Part shown: positions 19,329 to 29,163 of the stretch, piece by piece
How the letters are laid out: each line of letters begins with the position of its first letter
How positions within the stretch are numbered: position 1 is the first letter of the stretch
NCBI GenBank assembly: GCA_031412295.1
Contig: JANOCU010000031.1
Span: 66,330 to 130,329, forward strand
Source of the DNA: Bacteroidota bacterium
GTDB lineage: Bacteria > Bacteroidota > Bacteroidia > Palsa-965
Direction of reading: 5' to 3'
DNA length: 64,000 nucleotides
The notes under the pieces: model-generated
Seen by the model: only the letters and a program-made list of their open reading frames with translations
Told to the model about the DNA's origin: nothing
The model's database searches: none
Program-made: the position numbers and the translations under genes

Positions 19329-20987
19329 ATGCAAAACCTGGGAGAATTTATTGGAGGGCTGGGGGTTTTTCTCTTTGCCATGTTTCTCCTCGAAGATTCA
19401 CTTAAAAATCTTGCAGGAAGATCTTTCAAATTATTTCTCAAGAAACACACAAGCAATAAGCTTGAAGCTATCGGAAGCGGCGCTGTTGTAACCGGTGTTT
19501 TACAAAGCAGTTCGGTCGTCATTCTCATGATCCTTGCTTTTGTCGGGGCAGGAGCAATGAGCATGAGAAATGCATTGGCCGTTGTGATCGGATCGAATTT
19601 CGGAACTACGCTTGATAGCTGGATTGTTGCTACTCTGGGTTTTAAATATGATATCGCAGATTTTTCAATGCCGGTGATTGGAGTAGCAGGAATTCTCGCG
19701 GTAATTTTCAGTGATAGAAAAAAGGTTTACGAATTTTCCCGGTTTTTTCTCGGCTTCGGATTTCTTTTCCTGGGACTGAGCTTTATGAAGGAAAGCATTG
19801 AATTATTTCTTAAAGATTTTGATTTTACGCCATATGAAGGATACCATCGGATTGTTTTTGTATTAATTGGTTTTGTCATCACTGCGCTTATTCAATCCAG
19901 CTCTGCTACTATCGCAATAACGCTTAGTGCGCTCAGCACAGGAGTTATTCCATTCGATTTCGCGGTATCAGTTGTAATTGGCTCAGAGCTTGGAACATCA
20001 ATGAAAATTGTTCTTGGTTCAATCGGTGGAATTTCAGCAAAGAGAAGGATCGCGATGGGGAACCTGATATTTAATTTTATAATAACACTGATCGCATACT
20101 TCCTGATGTACCCGCTGATCCATGCGATTGAAAAAATTACAGGAACAAAAGAACCATTAATTGCGCTGGTCTTGTTTCAAAGCGCGATGAACCTGATGGG
20201 AGTGATATTGTTCATTCCTTTCCTCGATCGTTTTGCCGACTTTCTTGAAAAACGCTTTGCTAACAAAGAAAATTCCACAACATTTTATATCCTTGATGTA
20301 AGTGTGAATGGTGCGGCTACAGCAGCTATGGAGAAAGAAGTTTTATTATTTATTCATCGCACCATTCCATTGAACCTCGAAGCTTTTCATGTAAAAGAAA
20401 TGATTGTCGATCCGGGAAAAGAGCTGCAATTAAAAATGGACGAGCGGAATAAAAAATTTAAAAAGTATTCGGAAAAATATGAAGACCTGAAACATTCAGA
20501 AGGTGAAATACTTGCCTTTTATTTGAAGTTGCGAAAAGAACCCGATGATAAGCTTGATAGAAATCGCCTGGAACAGCTTGTTTCCGCTGTGCGCTATGCT
20601 ATCCATTCGGCAAAAGCAATGAAAGATGTGCGGCACAACAGGAAAGAATTCCGCGACTCTGCGAACGACGCTAAATATGCCAATTATAAGTTTTTCCAGG
20701 GACACGTTGAAGAATTTTACAAAGAGATCAACGAAGCTTTTAGAATAAAGCAAGAGACAAGTTGTTTCAATAAACTTAAACATTTATATGAACTTGCTAA
20801 GGAAAATCATGAGGCAGGAATGAAACATATATACAGTCAAGCCGAAGCGGAAGAGCTGAACGAAGTTGATATTTCTTCATTGCTTAATACAAACAGCGAA
20901 ATTTATTCATCATCAAAAGGGATTGTTCTTTCGTTAAAGAATTATTTATTGAGTGTGGAAGACGCGACGAAGTTTGGCGAAGAATAA
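19329..20987 (+). CDS. Na/Pi cotransporter family protein
   Basis: Two QSSS motifs, IGSNFGTT and GSELGT repeats, helical PhoU-like C-terminus. Confidence 0.9.
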   Translation: MQNLGEFIGGLGVFLFAMFLLEDSLKNLAGRSFKLFLKKHTSNKLEAIGSGAVVTGVLQSSSVVILMILAFVGAGAMSMRNALAVVIGSNFGTTLDSWIVATLGFKYDIADFSMPVIGVAGILAVIFSDRKKVYEFSRFFLGFGFLFLGLSFMKESIELFLKDFDFTPYEGYHRIVFVLIGFVITALIQSSSATIAITLSALSTGVIPFDFAVSVVIGSELGTSMKIVLGSIGGISAKRRIAMGNLIFNFIITLIAYFLMYPLIHAIEKITGTKEPLIALVLFQSAMNLMGVILFIPFLDRFADFLEKRFANKENSTTFYILDVSVNGAATAAMEKEVLLFIHRTIPLNLEAFHVKEMIVDPGKELQLKMDERNKKFKKYSEKYEDLKHSEGEILAFYLKLRKEPDDKLDRNRLEQLVSAVRYAIHSAKAMKDVRHNRKEFRDSANDAKYANYKFFQGHVEEFYKEINEAFRIKQETSCFNKLKHLYELAKENHEAGMKHIYSQAEAEELNEVDISSLLNTNSEIYSSSKGIVLSLKNYLLSVEDATKFGEE

Positions 20988-21059
20988 AAAAAGGAAGCAG
21001 ACAATCCGTCGGGCAGAGGGGCAGGCTGCAGGAAAAGGTTTTTCAGAATCTTGAATGAT

Positions 21060-21713
21060 TCATTTCAGGGCATTCTCAAAAAGTCCCATTGTAAATCCGG
21101 AATGAGTCATTATCACTACATCACTCGTATCTCCTAAAACTTCGTCGATTATGCCGAACTCTTTTGCTTCAGGGGCGGTCATGTATTTATCGCGTAGAAA
21201 ATAATCTTCGATCTCTTTCCAGGTGTGACCGGAATGTTTTCCCATGAGATGAAACAACTGCGTTTGGATTCGTTCCTGCTCGCGGGTTGCAATGCGCACA
21301 TCTTCTGTATAACCTTGCGCGCCACCACCTGTTGGATGCATGTGAATGGTGGCGTGCGGTAATGCGTAACGTTTTCCTTTGGCGCCGGATGTGAGCAATG
21401 CTGTGCCCATGCTTGCGGAAACGCCAATAGCAACAGTAGAAACCGGTGCTTTGATCATTTGCATGGTATCATAAATTGCCAAACCGGCATACACATGTCC
21501 TCCTGGACTGTTGATGTAAAGATTGATCTGTTTATGCGGATCTACGCTGTCGAGATAGAGTAATTGTGCAACGATCACATTCGCAACTGATTCATTTATT
21601 CCTGTGCCCAATATGATAATGCGCTCTTTCAGAAGTAAACTATAAATGTCGTACGCTCTTTCCCCCATGCCATTATTATCAATGACCATTGGAACGAGAT
21701 TGGATTGTAGCAT
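21060..21713 (-). CDS. clpP: Clp protease proteolytic subunit (accessory, divergent paralog)
   Basis: PMV..ERAYDIYS.LLKERII, YINSPGG, ASMG (Ser), IHMHP (His), RD (Asp); not flanked by tig/clpX. Confidence 0.92.
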   Translation of the reverse strand: MLQSNLVPMVIDNNGMGERAYDIYSLLLKERIIILGTGINESVANVIVAQLLYLDSVDPHKQINLYINSPGGHVYAGLAIYDTMQMIKAPVSTVAIGVSASMGTALLTSGAKGKRYALPHATIHMHPTGGGAQGYTEDVRIATREQERIQTQLFHLMGKHSGHTWKEIEDYFLRDKYMTAPEAKEFGIIDEVLGDTSDVVIMTHSGFTMGLFENALK

Positions 21714-21717
21714 ATGA

Positions 21718-21987
21718 TTATTTTTTGAAAAATTGAAAAATCGTTTCCTGGAATTCTTTTTTTGCAGGGTCGTCGAATAACCGCCGGTGAATAATTTCAG
21801 CTTCTTCTTTTAGTTTTTTCCGGTGATAGAGCTCTACAACGGAATAAACCTTTTGCTGAAAAAACAAATTTATTCTCAATAAAGGATTGCTGAGTATTCG
21901 TGCTTCAAATACCAGCCTGTCTGGTGTATCCATTTCTTTCAGAAGATATTTTTCAGTTTCTTGAATTTCAATCAGTGAAGTCCTCAT
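21718..21987 (-). CDS. Small soluble protein, putative anti-sigma domain
   Basis: 89 aa, overlaps sigma stop by 20 bp; EKYLL.EM...DRLVFEARIL.NP.L helix pattern like N-termini of Bacteroidota anti-sigma factors; no TM. Confidence 0.6.
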   Translation of the reverse strand: MRTSLIEIQETEKYLLKEMDTPDRLVFEARILSNPLLRINLFFQQKVYSVVELYHRKKLKEEAEIIHRRLFDDPAKKEFQETIFQFFKK

Positions 21988-22516
21988 AAGAAATAGATTT
22001 AGTTTTTATTGTTTCTCTTATTTTTTCAATGCATTTATATTTTTGAACTGTTGCAGAATGTTCGCTACGGTAATTGAAGACGCCGGCAATATTCCTCATG
22101 GGTAATTTCTCATAATAAAAAGCCCGCAATAAGTCCATGCATTTTTTCCCTGTGGACCCGAGCAATTGCAAAAGCTTGTGATCGTTGACCTTTGTCGTAT
22201 GATCGTCAACAAAAATTTCGGATTCAAAATGATCAAGCGAACTATTTTTATGATCGCGATTGAATTTTTTTATCCACAAATTTTTTGCAATTCCAACGAT
22301 GTATGCTTCTTCTGACGAGGTAATACTGAAATCGGGCTGCTGACTTTTTTCATAATAGATCACCAGCGCATCCTGGAAAATATCTTTCGAATCTTCAAAG
22401 GAGCCATTCATCTTGCTTACATATTTGACGACCGGCAAAAAAGCGGTTTCATATAACCTTTCGAAAAGCTGTGCCGGACTTTTCGCCTTCGGTTTGGTCA
22501 TTTCTAATACTTCCAT
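21968..22516 (-). CDS. ECF-type RNA polymerase sigma-70 factor
   Basis: Region 2 NGSFEDSKDIFQDAL..AYIVGIAKNLW; region 4 CMDLLRAFYYEKLPMRNIA..QKYKC. Confidence 0.9.
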   Translation of the reverse strand: MEVLEMTKPKAKSPAQLFERLYETAFLPVVKYVSKMNGSFEDSKDIFQDALVIYYEKSQQPDFSITSSEEAYIVGIAKNLWIKKFNRDHKNSSLDHFESEIFVDDHTTKVNDHKLLQLLGSTGKKCMDLLRAFYYEKLPMRNIAGVFNYRSEHSATVQKYKCIEKIRETIKTKSISYEDFTD

Positions 22517-22600
22517 AACAAGTGATTTATTACTAGTGCGATTAAAGATGAATATATCACCTTTTATGGGAATTTTATTGCCGTTTTTCTTTCAGCAGGC

Positions 22601-22752
22601 AACCCTCAAAGGTCGCAGACGCACTTTCCTGCGGAGACCTTTAAGGGTAATTCTTCTCTATTGCAGCCGCAAATTTCTCCCGCAATATTTCCTTGCATCC
22701 GCAAACCCTCAAAGGTCGCAGCCGCACTTTCCTACTGAGACCTTTGAGGGTT
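22601..22752. repeat. Two direct copies of a 49-bp REP-like palindrome
   Basis: 22601-22649 and 22704-22752, 44/49 identical; arms AACCCTCAAAGGTC / GACCTTTGAGGGTT. Confidence 0.8.
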
Positions 22753-22774
22753 ACTTGCCATTCAGATTTTCTCA

Positions 22775-22910
22775 ACACTTATTTCTTTATTTCTCAATTT
22801 CCTTATTTCTCAAATTCCCAGTTTCCTTATTCCCAAATTTCCTTATTTCTCAATTTCCCGGTTTCCTTATTCCCCAATTTCCCAGTTACGAGATTACGAG
22901 ATTACCAGAT
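22775..22910. repeat. Degenerate 8-bp tandem array (TTCCTTAT/TTCTCAAT/TTCCCAGT) followed by GATTACGA/GATTACCA units
   Basis: Periodic pyrimidine-rich tract upstream of the DUF5686 gene. Confidence 0.7.
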
Positions 22911-23013
22911 CCACCGCTGTAACATTCTCTCATCGATAGCCGTCTTACACCCAACTTACGGGAGATAATGCGCGTCTTCATTGAGTTGACTACCTTTGCA
23001 CGTCTTCCTGAAC

Positions 23014-25635
23014 ATGCGGTACTTTATACTTTTTCTCTTTTTATTTATTCTTCCGGTTACTTCGCTCGCGGGCGTTGTAAAAGGAACAATTCGCGATACG
23101 ACGGGTGAACCGATTCCGTTTGTGGTGGTGAGCGTGAAAAATTCTTCATACGGTGTGAATTCAAACATCGGCGGCTATTATTTTATGGAGCTGAAGCCGG
23201 GAAAATATACACTTGTTTTTTCGCAGCTGGGATTGACTACACAAGAACATGTGGTGACGATCACCGAAGAAAATGTGGTGGTGCTGAATGTGACGATGAA
23301 AATGTCGGCGAAAGAATTGGGTGCGGTGGAAATTGCAGCGAAAGGTGACAGAGACCGTGGGAAAGAAATAATGCATAAAGTAATAGATGCGCGCGGTGAT
23401 TACTGGGATAAAGTAGAAAATTACAAATGCAATACGTACCAGAAATCGTCGCTTGAAAAAATTCCGACGGATAAAGCCCTTGCAAAGGCGAGAGAAGATT
23501 CGCTTGATTTGGTAGAAGAATCTAAAAACGATTCGCTGACTGTTTCGGTGAAAAAAACGGAAGATTCGTTGCAGGTGAAACAAGTGAAGAACGATGATTT
23601 TGAACGTGCGATAAGCAACAAAAAATTAAATCTTATTGAGTCTGTTACCGAAACTTATTTCCGGTCACCGAATGCATTCAAGGAAAATATTCTTGCGTAT
23701 CATGATTATGCGGAAACGGGAAAGCAGTATAACGGGAAAGGTGCTTCGGCAAGTGTTGAATATGGTGAGCATGAAATAGCGCCGGTGCAATATGAAGATG
23801 AAAACCCGTACCTGCTGGTAAGAGATGCGCAGAGTGGTGATTTTAATTTTTATAAAAATCAGCTGGATGTTCCGGCATTGTGTAATCGCCCGCTTTTGTC
23901 GCCGGCTGCGGGAACTGCGTTTTTGAATTATCGATTTGAGCTGTTGGATTCTATTATGGAAAACGGGCGGCTTATTTACAAAATAGGTGTGAGCCCGCTT
24001 TTCAAATCGGATGCATTATTTTCCGGGTTGATATTTGTGCAGGAAGGAAGCTGGGCAATTGTATCGGTGAATTTGTGTGTGAATGAAGATGTGCTTTTAT
24101 ATTGCAAAGAATTTTGCGTGATACAGGATTATTCGGAAGTGGCTCCCGGAATTTTTCTTCCTGTACGCCGCGAATTCATGTACACGATACGCGATGGAAA
24201 ATTTAATATTGTAGGAAACACACGCGTGGATCATTCGGATTATGTGGTGAACGGAACATTGCCGCCGAAATTATTTACGGATGAAGTAAAACGTTATGCC
24301 GACGATGCATTTGATAAAGACAGCTTGTACTGGTCGGAACACCGGACAATTTCACTCGACGAAAAAGAAATTAATTACATCACCGAAGCCGATAGTCTTG
24401 CTGCTTATTATCAAAGTCCGAAATATTTAAATTCAATTGACTCTGCATTTAATCACATCAACATCTGGAGCTTTTTGATCAATGGTGTTGGTCATCGTAA
24501 TCGTGTGAATGGAACAGAGTGGGGCGTTGATCCGCTGATTGCACAAATGGTTCCGTTTGGTGTGGGTGGTTATCGTCACAAGCTCGGCGGTTATTTCAAT
24601 AAAGATTTTAATAATGGAATGACGCTTGAAACGGACGGGCAAGTTGATTATGGTTTTTTGAATAAAGATGTGCGTGGAAAAGTTGGCGTTGGACTCACCT
24701 ACATTCCTTTGCGTTTTGTGAGAACCTTCGTTCGCTTCGGAGATTATTACGACATGATCAATAATTTTGCTTCGTTGTCTTCTGTTTTCAGTCGAAGCAA
24801 TTATGTTCGGACAAAACAATTCAGCGTGGCGCAGCGGATGGAATTGGTAAACGGATTATTCGGTGAGCTTACGTTTGAGTACAGCGACCAGTTCCCGATT
24901 ACAGGAATGCGACTGGAAGCTTGGTCGACGCAGGTTTTCGGTGCGCTGAATACGCCGACGGATTTTGAACGTTATGTAAAATCGGAAATACGTCTTGAAT
25001 TCAAATACCGTTTCCGCCAGAAATATATTATCAAGAAGCACCGGAAAATAATTCTCGGAACAAAATACCCGGAGATTCGTTTTTTATATCGCAAAGGAAT
25101 CCCGGGATTATTCGGGAGCGAAGTGAATTTTGATTACATCGAATTCGGTTCGGCAGATGAATTTAAATTTGCGCGTTTCGGAACCAGCAACTGGAATGTA
25201 TTGGCAGGCGCATTCGTCAATAAAAAAGATCTGCGTGTGCTTGAGTATAAATATTTCCGTGGTTCAGACTCGTTCATTTTTTCTGATCCGATTCGTTCCT
25301 TCCAGCTTTTGGGTCCGACGCTGAATACGCCGAATGCTTATTTCCGCGTGAATTACATTCATCATTTCGAAGGATGTTTCTCGAGCAAAATTCCGTTGAT
25401 CAATAAATTAAAGATCACCACTTCTATCGGTGGTGGTGTGGTGATGATCCCGAGCCAGAATTTTTATCACGAAGAATTTTTCCTGGGTATTGAAAGGGTT
25501 ATCCGCATTAAAAAGCAATTGTTCCGCCTTGGATTTTTTGCAGTGACGGCGGATAATACATTCGTGAAGCCGACCATAACATGGAAATTCGGCATCAGCT
25601 TTTATAATTCGTTTACGCGGAAGTGGAGCTATTGA
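23014..25635 (+). CDS. Carboxypeptidase-regulatory-like domain + DUF5686 outer-membrane protein
   Basis: Signal peptide; G.IRDTTGEPIPF..GKYTLVFS N-domain; NFY.N..LSP motif; C-terminal beta-barrel; TACCTTTG at 22991. Confidence 0.82.
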   Translation: MRYFILFLFLFILPVTSLAGVVKGTIRDTTGEPIPFVVVSVKNSSYGVNSNIGGYYFMELKPGKYTLVFSQLGLTTQEHVVTITEENVVVLNVTMKMSAKELGAVEIAAKGDRDRGKEIMHKVIDARGDYWDKVENYKCNTYQKSSLEKIPTDKALAKAREDSLDLVEESKNDSLTVSVKKTEDSLQVKQVKNDDFERAISNKKLNLIESVTETYFRSPNAFKENILAYHDYAETGKQYNGKGASASVEYGEHEIAPVQYEDENPYLLVRDAQSGDFNFYKNQLDVPALCNRPLLSPAAGTAFLNYRFELLDSIMENGRLIYKIGVSPLFKSDALFSGLIFVQEGSWAIVSVNLCVNEDVLLYCKEFCVIQDYSEVAPGIFLPVRREFMYTIRDGKFNIVGNTRVDHSDYVVNGTLPPKLFTDEVKRYADDAFDKDSLYWSEHRTISLDEKEINYITEADSLAAYYQSPKYLNSIDSAFNHINIWSFLINGVGHRNRVNGTEWGVDPLIAQMVPFGVGGYRHKLGGYFNKDFNNGMTLETDGQVDYGFLNKDVRGKVGVGLTYIPLRFVRTFVRFGDYYDMINNFASLSSVFSRSNYVRTKQFSVAQRMELVNGLFGELTFEYSDQFPITGMRLEAWSTQVFGALNTPTDFERYVKSEIRLEFKYRFRQKYIIKKHRKIILGTKYPEIRFLYRKGIPGLFGSEVNFDYIEFGSADEFKFARFGTSNWNVLAGAFVNKKDLRVLEYKYFRGSDSFIFSDPIRSFQLLGPTLNTPNAYFRVNYIHHFEGCFSSKIPLINKLKITTSIGGGVVMIPSQNFYHEEFFLGIERVIRIKKQLFRLGFFAVTADNTFVKPTITWKFGISFYNSFTRKWSY

Positions 25636-25677
25636 GGTATTTATATATCTTGCAGTGAAACTAAACCCGCTTCCTGA

Positions 25678-26889
25678 ATGAAACACCTCTTCTCTTTATC
25701 AGCTTTATTTATTTGCTTATTCGTGAATGCACAATCGTGGGTTCCGCAAACGGGAGTAAATACAATCGATCTTACCGGCGTACATTTTGTAGATGCGTAT
25801 AATGGATGGGCTTGCGGGTTTACAGGTTTTATTGAGCATACAAATGATGGTGGACAAAATTGGTTGGCGCAAACTACACCGGTCACGGATAATTTGAGAA
25901 GTGTTCATTTTGCAGATTTGAATAATGGCTGGGCAGTGGGTGATAACGGAAAAATTATTCATACAACTAATGGCGGAAACACCTGGACCGCACAAACCAG
26001 CGGCACAACAAATCAATTGCGTTCTGTGCATTTCGTAACCACGTTACTGGGTTGGGCGGCAGGACAAGCAGGAACCATTCTTACCACTATAAACGGAGGA
26101 TTAAGCTGGGCACCACAAACAAGCACCACCACACAAGCTATTTTTTCGATTCACTTTGTCGATGCAGTTAATGGATGGGCTGCAGGATCATCATCACCTT
26201 CATCACAGGGATTTGTTCTGCACACGACAAATGGTGGTTCAACATGGACGCCGCAGGTAACACCCACAACACAAAATTTGTATTCAGTGATGTTCACTTC
26301 TTCAACGATTGGCTGGGCGAGTGGTGCAACAGGCGCATTGTTTAATACAGTAAACGGCGGCACAACATGGACCACACAAAATACACCTGCGGTTCATGCA
26401 TGGAGAAGCATTATGTTTCCTTCGCCACTTATCGGCTGGGCTGTTGGTGATTCAGGTTCGATCGTAAATACAGTTAACGGCGGCGCAACGTGGACTGTGC
26501 AACCAACATTTATCATCAGCTGGATGCGCAGTGTTTATTTCGTGGATAATTTTGCGGGATGGACAGTGGGAGATAACGGAACAATTCTGCGTTACTCATC
26601 GCCGGGCGCGATCAATGAAAATGGAAATCAAATTTCAGCGCTTAGCAGCTATCCGAATCCTTCGCAAGGAACATTTACTGTCAACCTGAATTCTGTGTCA
26701 GGAGAAGCGGTGCATATCCGTATCGCTGATGTTTTCGGGAAGCTGATTTCGGAACAGTTTATTGAGCTGCAACCGGGCGAAAGCATCCAAACGATCCAAT
26801 TGCCTGAATCCTGTGCCAACGGGATCTATATGGTGAGTGTTGACGGACTTAATGTTCGCCGCACAGGCCGGGTGATTTTACAGCGGTAA
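25678..26889 (+). CDS. YCF48/BNR-repeat beta-propeller with T9SS CTD
   Basis: About 7 repeats of SVHF.D...GWA.G..G.I.HT.NGG.TW; YPNP..GIYMV CTD. Confidence 0.85.
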   Translation: MKHLFSLSALFICLFVNAQSWVPQTGVNTIDLTGVHFVDAYNGWACGFTGFIEHTNDGGQNWLAQTTPVTDNLRSVHFADLNNGWAVGDNGKIIHTTNGGNTWTAQTSGTTNQLRSVHFVTTLLGWAAGQAGTILTTINGGLSWAPQTSTTTQAIFSIHFVDAVNGWAAGSSSPSSQGFVLHTTNGGSTWTPQVTPTTQNLYSVMFTSSTIGWASGATGALFNTVNGGTTWTTQNTPAVHAWRSIMFPSPLIGWAVGDSGSIVNTVNGGATWTVQPTFIISWMRSVYFVDNFAGWTVGDNGTILRYSSPGAINENGNQISALSSYPNPSQGTFTVNLNSVSGEAVHIRIADVFGKLISEQFIELQPGESIQTIQLPESCANGIYMVSVDGLNVRRTGRVILQR

Positions 26890-27089
26890 GTCACTGTTTT
26901 ACTGTCGTTCATACCGCTGAAACCGCCTGTCACTGGATGGTTTGGGCTATTGATCGGAATGCTTGCCGCCATTGAATTTCCTGTCTTTTTTAATCGTAAA
27001 TTTGTGGCCCGATTGACGGATAATATTGAGCATTTGGACCGGGCAAACCGGTTCCGATACTGGAAAAGAAAGGTCAAGCGGAACACCTT

Positions 27090-28985
27090 ATGAGCGACCA
27101 GATCAAGCACGAGTGCGGGATCGCACTTATTCGTCTTCTCAAGCCACTTCAATATTACATCGACAAATATGGCACGCCCATGTACGGGTTGAATAAGCTG
27201 TATTTGCTGATGGAAAAGCAGCATAACCGCGGACAAGACGGCGCCGGTGTTGCTACAATCAAATTCGATATTCCACCCGGAACAAGATATATTTCACGTT
27301 ACCGTTCGACTGCTCCGACGGCGATCAAAGATATTTTCGGAAAGATCAACGATAAGTTTGCTGATGCGCATAAGAGACATCCGGAAAAATTAAAAGATGC
27401 AAAGTGGGTGAAAGAGCATATCGCTTTTTCGGGTGAATTACTGCTTGGTCATTTGCGTTACGGAACTTACGGTGGAAACAGCATAGAAAATTGTCACCCT
27501 TTTCTTCGCCAGAACAACTGGATCACACGTAATCTTGTTGTGGCAGGAAATTTCAATCTTACAAACGTTGACGAATTATTTGATCAGCTGGTAGAATTGG
27601 GTCAGCATCCGAAAGAAAAAGCGGATACGGTGACGGTGATGGAAAAGATCGGTCACTTTTTAGATCGTGAAGTGGATAAGCTTTTCGGCGTTTATAAATC
27701 GCAGGGAAATACGAACGAGCAAATCACTGATCTCATTGCGAAAAATCTGAACATCGGAAAAATTTTATCTGATGCAGGAAAAAAATGGGACGGTGGATAC
27801 ACGATGGCCGGAATGATCGGTCATGGTGATGCATTTGTGTTGAGAGATCCTAATGGAATTCGTCCTGCGTTTTGGTATGCGGATGAAGAAGTTGTGGTTG
27901 TTACATCAGAGCGTCCGCAAATTCAAACAGCATTTAATGTTCCGATCGAACAAATTCATGAGCTTACTCCGGGTTGCGCGCTGATCATTAAGAAAAACGG
28001 CGAATACGGAGAGAAACAAGTTCGCACACCGAAAGAAAAAAAATCATGTTCCTTCGAACGCATTTATTTTTCACGCGGTAACGACAAAGATATTTACGCA
28101 GAAAGAAAAGCGCTTGGTCACCAGCTTACGGCAAGTGTTTTAAAATCGGTTGATTTCGATTTGAAGAATTCTGTTTTTTCTTTTATTCCGAATACGGCTG
28201 AAGTTGCGTTTTACGGATTGGAAGATGGCTTGCATTCGTATCTCAATACGGTGAAGAAGCATAAGATCCTTACGATGGGAAATGTTTCTGATCCGGAGCT
28301 TTCCGAAATTCTGAACATGCAGCCGCGAATTGAAAAGATCGCATTGAAAGATGCAAAGCTGCGCACGTTTATCAGCAGCGATTCTACACGCGATGATATG
28401 GTTTCGCATGTGTACGATACCACTTACGGAATCATCAAGCCGACGGATAACCTTGTGATGATCGATGATTCTATTGTACGCGGTACAACATTAAAACAAA
28501 GCATTCTTAAAATTCTCGATCGTCTTGGTCCGAAAAAGATCATCATCGTTTCTTCAGCGCCACAAATCCGTTATCCTGATTGTTACGGAATTGATATGGC
28601 GAAGATGGGAGATTTTGTTGCGTTCCAGGCGGCAGTTGAATTGCTGAAAGATACGTACAGGGAAAATCTGCTTGATGAAATTTACGAGAAAGCAAAAGCG
28701 CAGGATGATCTGCCTGCCGACCAGGTGGTGAATGTTGTGAAAGAAGTTTACAAACCATTCAGCGCAGAAGAAATTTCATTGAAGATCTCCGAGCTGCTTA
28801 CGCCTGCCGGAATTAATGCTGACGTAGAAATTATTTACCAGACCATCGAAGGTTTGCACAATGCATGTCCGGGCCACAAAGGTGATTGGTATTTCACCGG
28901 AGATTATCCAACACCTGGTGGAAATAAAGTGGTGAATCGTGCTTTCATTTATTACATGGAAGGAAAGAACGTGAGGGCTTATTGA
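27090..28985 (+). CDS. purF: Amidophosphoribosyltransferase (long Bacteroidota form)
   Basis: HECG propeptide/Cys, QHNRGQDGAG, GHLRYGT, CSFERIYFSR, IDDSIVRGTT, YGIDM. Confidence 0.93.
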   Translation: MSDQIKHECGIALIRLLKPLQYYIDKYGTPMYGLNKLYLLMEKQHNRGQDGAGVATIKFDIPPGTRYISRYRSTAPTAIKDIFGKINDKFADAHKRHPEKLKDAKWVKEHIAFSGELLLGHLRYGTYGGNSIENCHPFLRQNNWITRNLVVAGNFNLTNVDELFDQLVELGQHPKEKADTVTVMEKIGHFLDREVDKLFGVYKSQGNTNEQITDLIAKNLNIGKILSDAGKKWDGGYTMAGMIGHGDAFVLRDPNGIRPAFWYADEEVVVVTSERPQIQTAFNVPIEQIHELTPGCALIIKKNGEYGEKQVRTPKEKKSCSFERIYFSRGNDKDIYAERKALGHQLTASVLKSVDFDLKNSVFSFIPNTAEVAFYGLEDGLHSYLNTVKKHKILTMGNVSDPELSEILNMQPRIEKIALKDAKLRTFISSDSTRDDMVSHVYDTTYGIIKPTDNLVMIDDSIVRGTTLKQSILKILDRLGPKKIIIVSSAPQIRYPDCYGIDMAKMGDFVAFQAAVELLKDTYRENLLDEIYEKAKAQDDLPADQVVNVVKEVYKPFSAEEISLKISELLTPAGINADVEIIYQTIEGLHNACPGHKGDWYFTGDYPTPGGNKVVNRAFIYYMEGKNVRAY

Positions 28986-29059
28986 CCTCGATACATCTCG
29001 TCAAATTGATCATTCTGCTTTTAATGAGAAATTCTTTTGACGAGATACTCGGTCTGACA
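28984..29059. repeat. REP-like element (same family as 63356-63392)
   Basis: Ends CCTCGATAC...TACTCGGTCTGACA with inner inverted repeat ATCTCGTCAAA / TTTGACGAGAT. Confidence 0.6.
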
Positions 29060-29075
29060 ATTCAATAATATTTAG

Positions 29076-29108
29076 AAACCGTCATACAAAATGTGTGACG
29101 GTTTTTTT
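29076..29108 (+). terminator. Rho-independent terminator after purF
   Basis: AAACCGTCATACA / TGTGTGACGGTTT plus T-run. Confidence 0.8.
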
Positions 29109-29163
29109 AATGTTGAATTGTCAAACTTGATTTTAGTCAGCAATTATGTACACTGGAATAATT

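Noticed and set aside
22601-22752. Possible mini CRISPR array
   Set aside because: Only two imperfect 49-bp copies with a 54-bp spacer, fully palindromic REP-like ends, and no cas genes in the window
22413-22968. ORFs 22413..22922 and 22693..22968
   Set aside because: Translations are low-complexity products of the REP and 8-bp repeats, and one overlaps the sigma gene antisense
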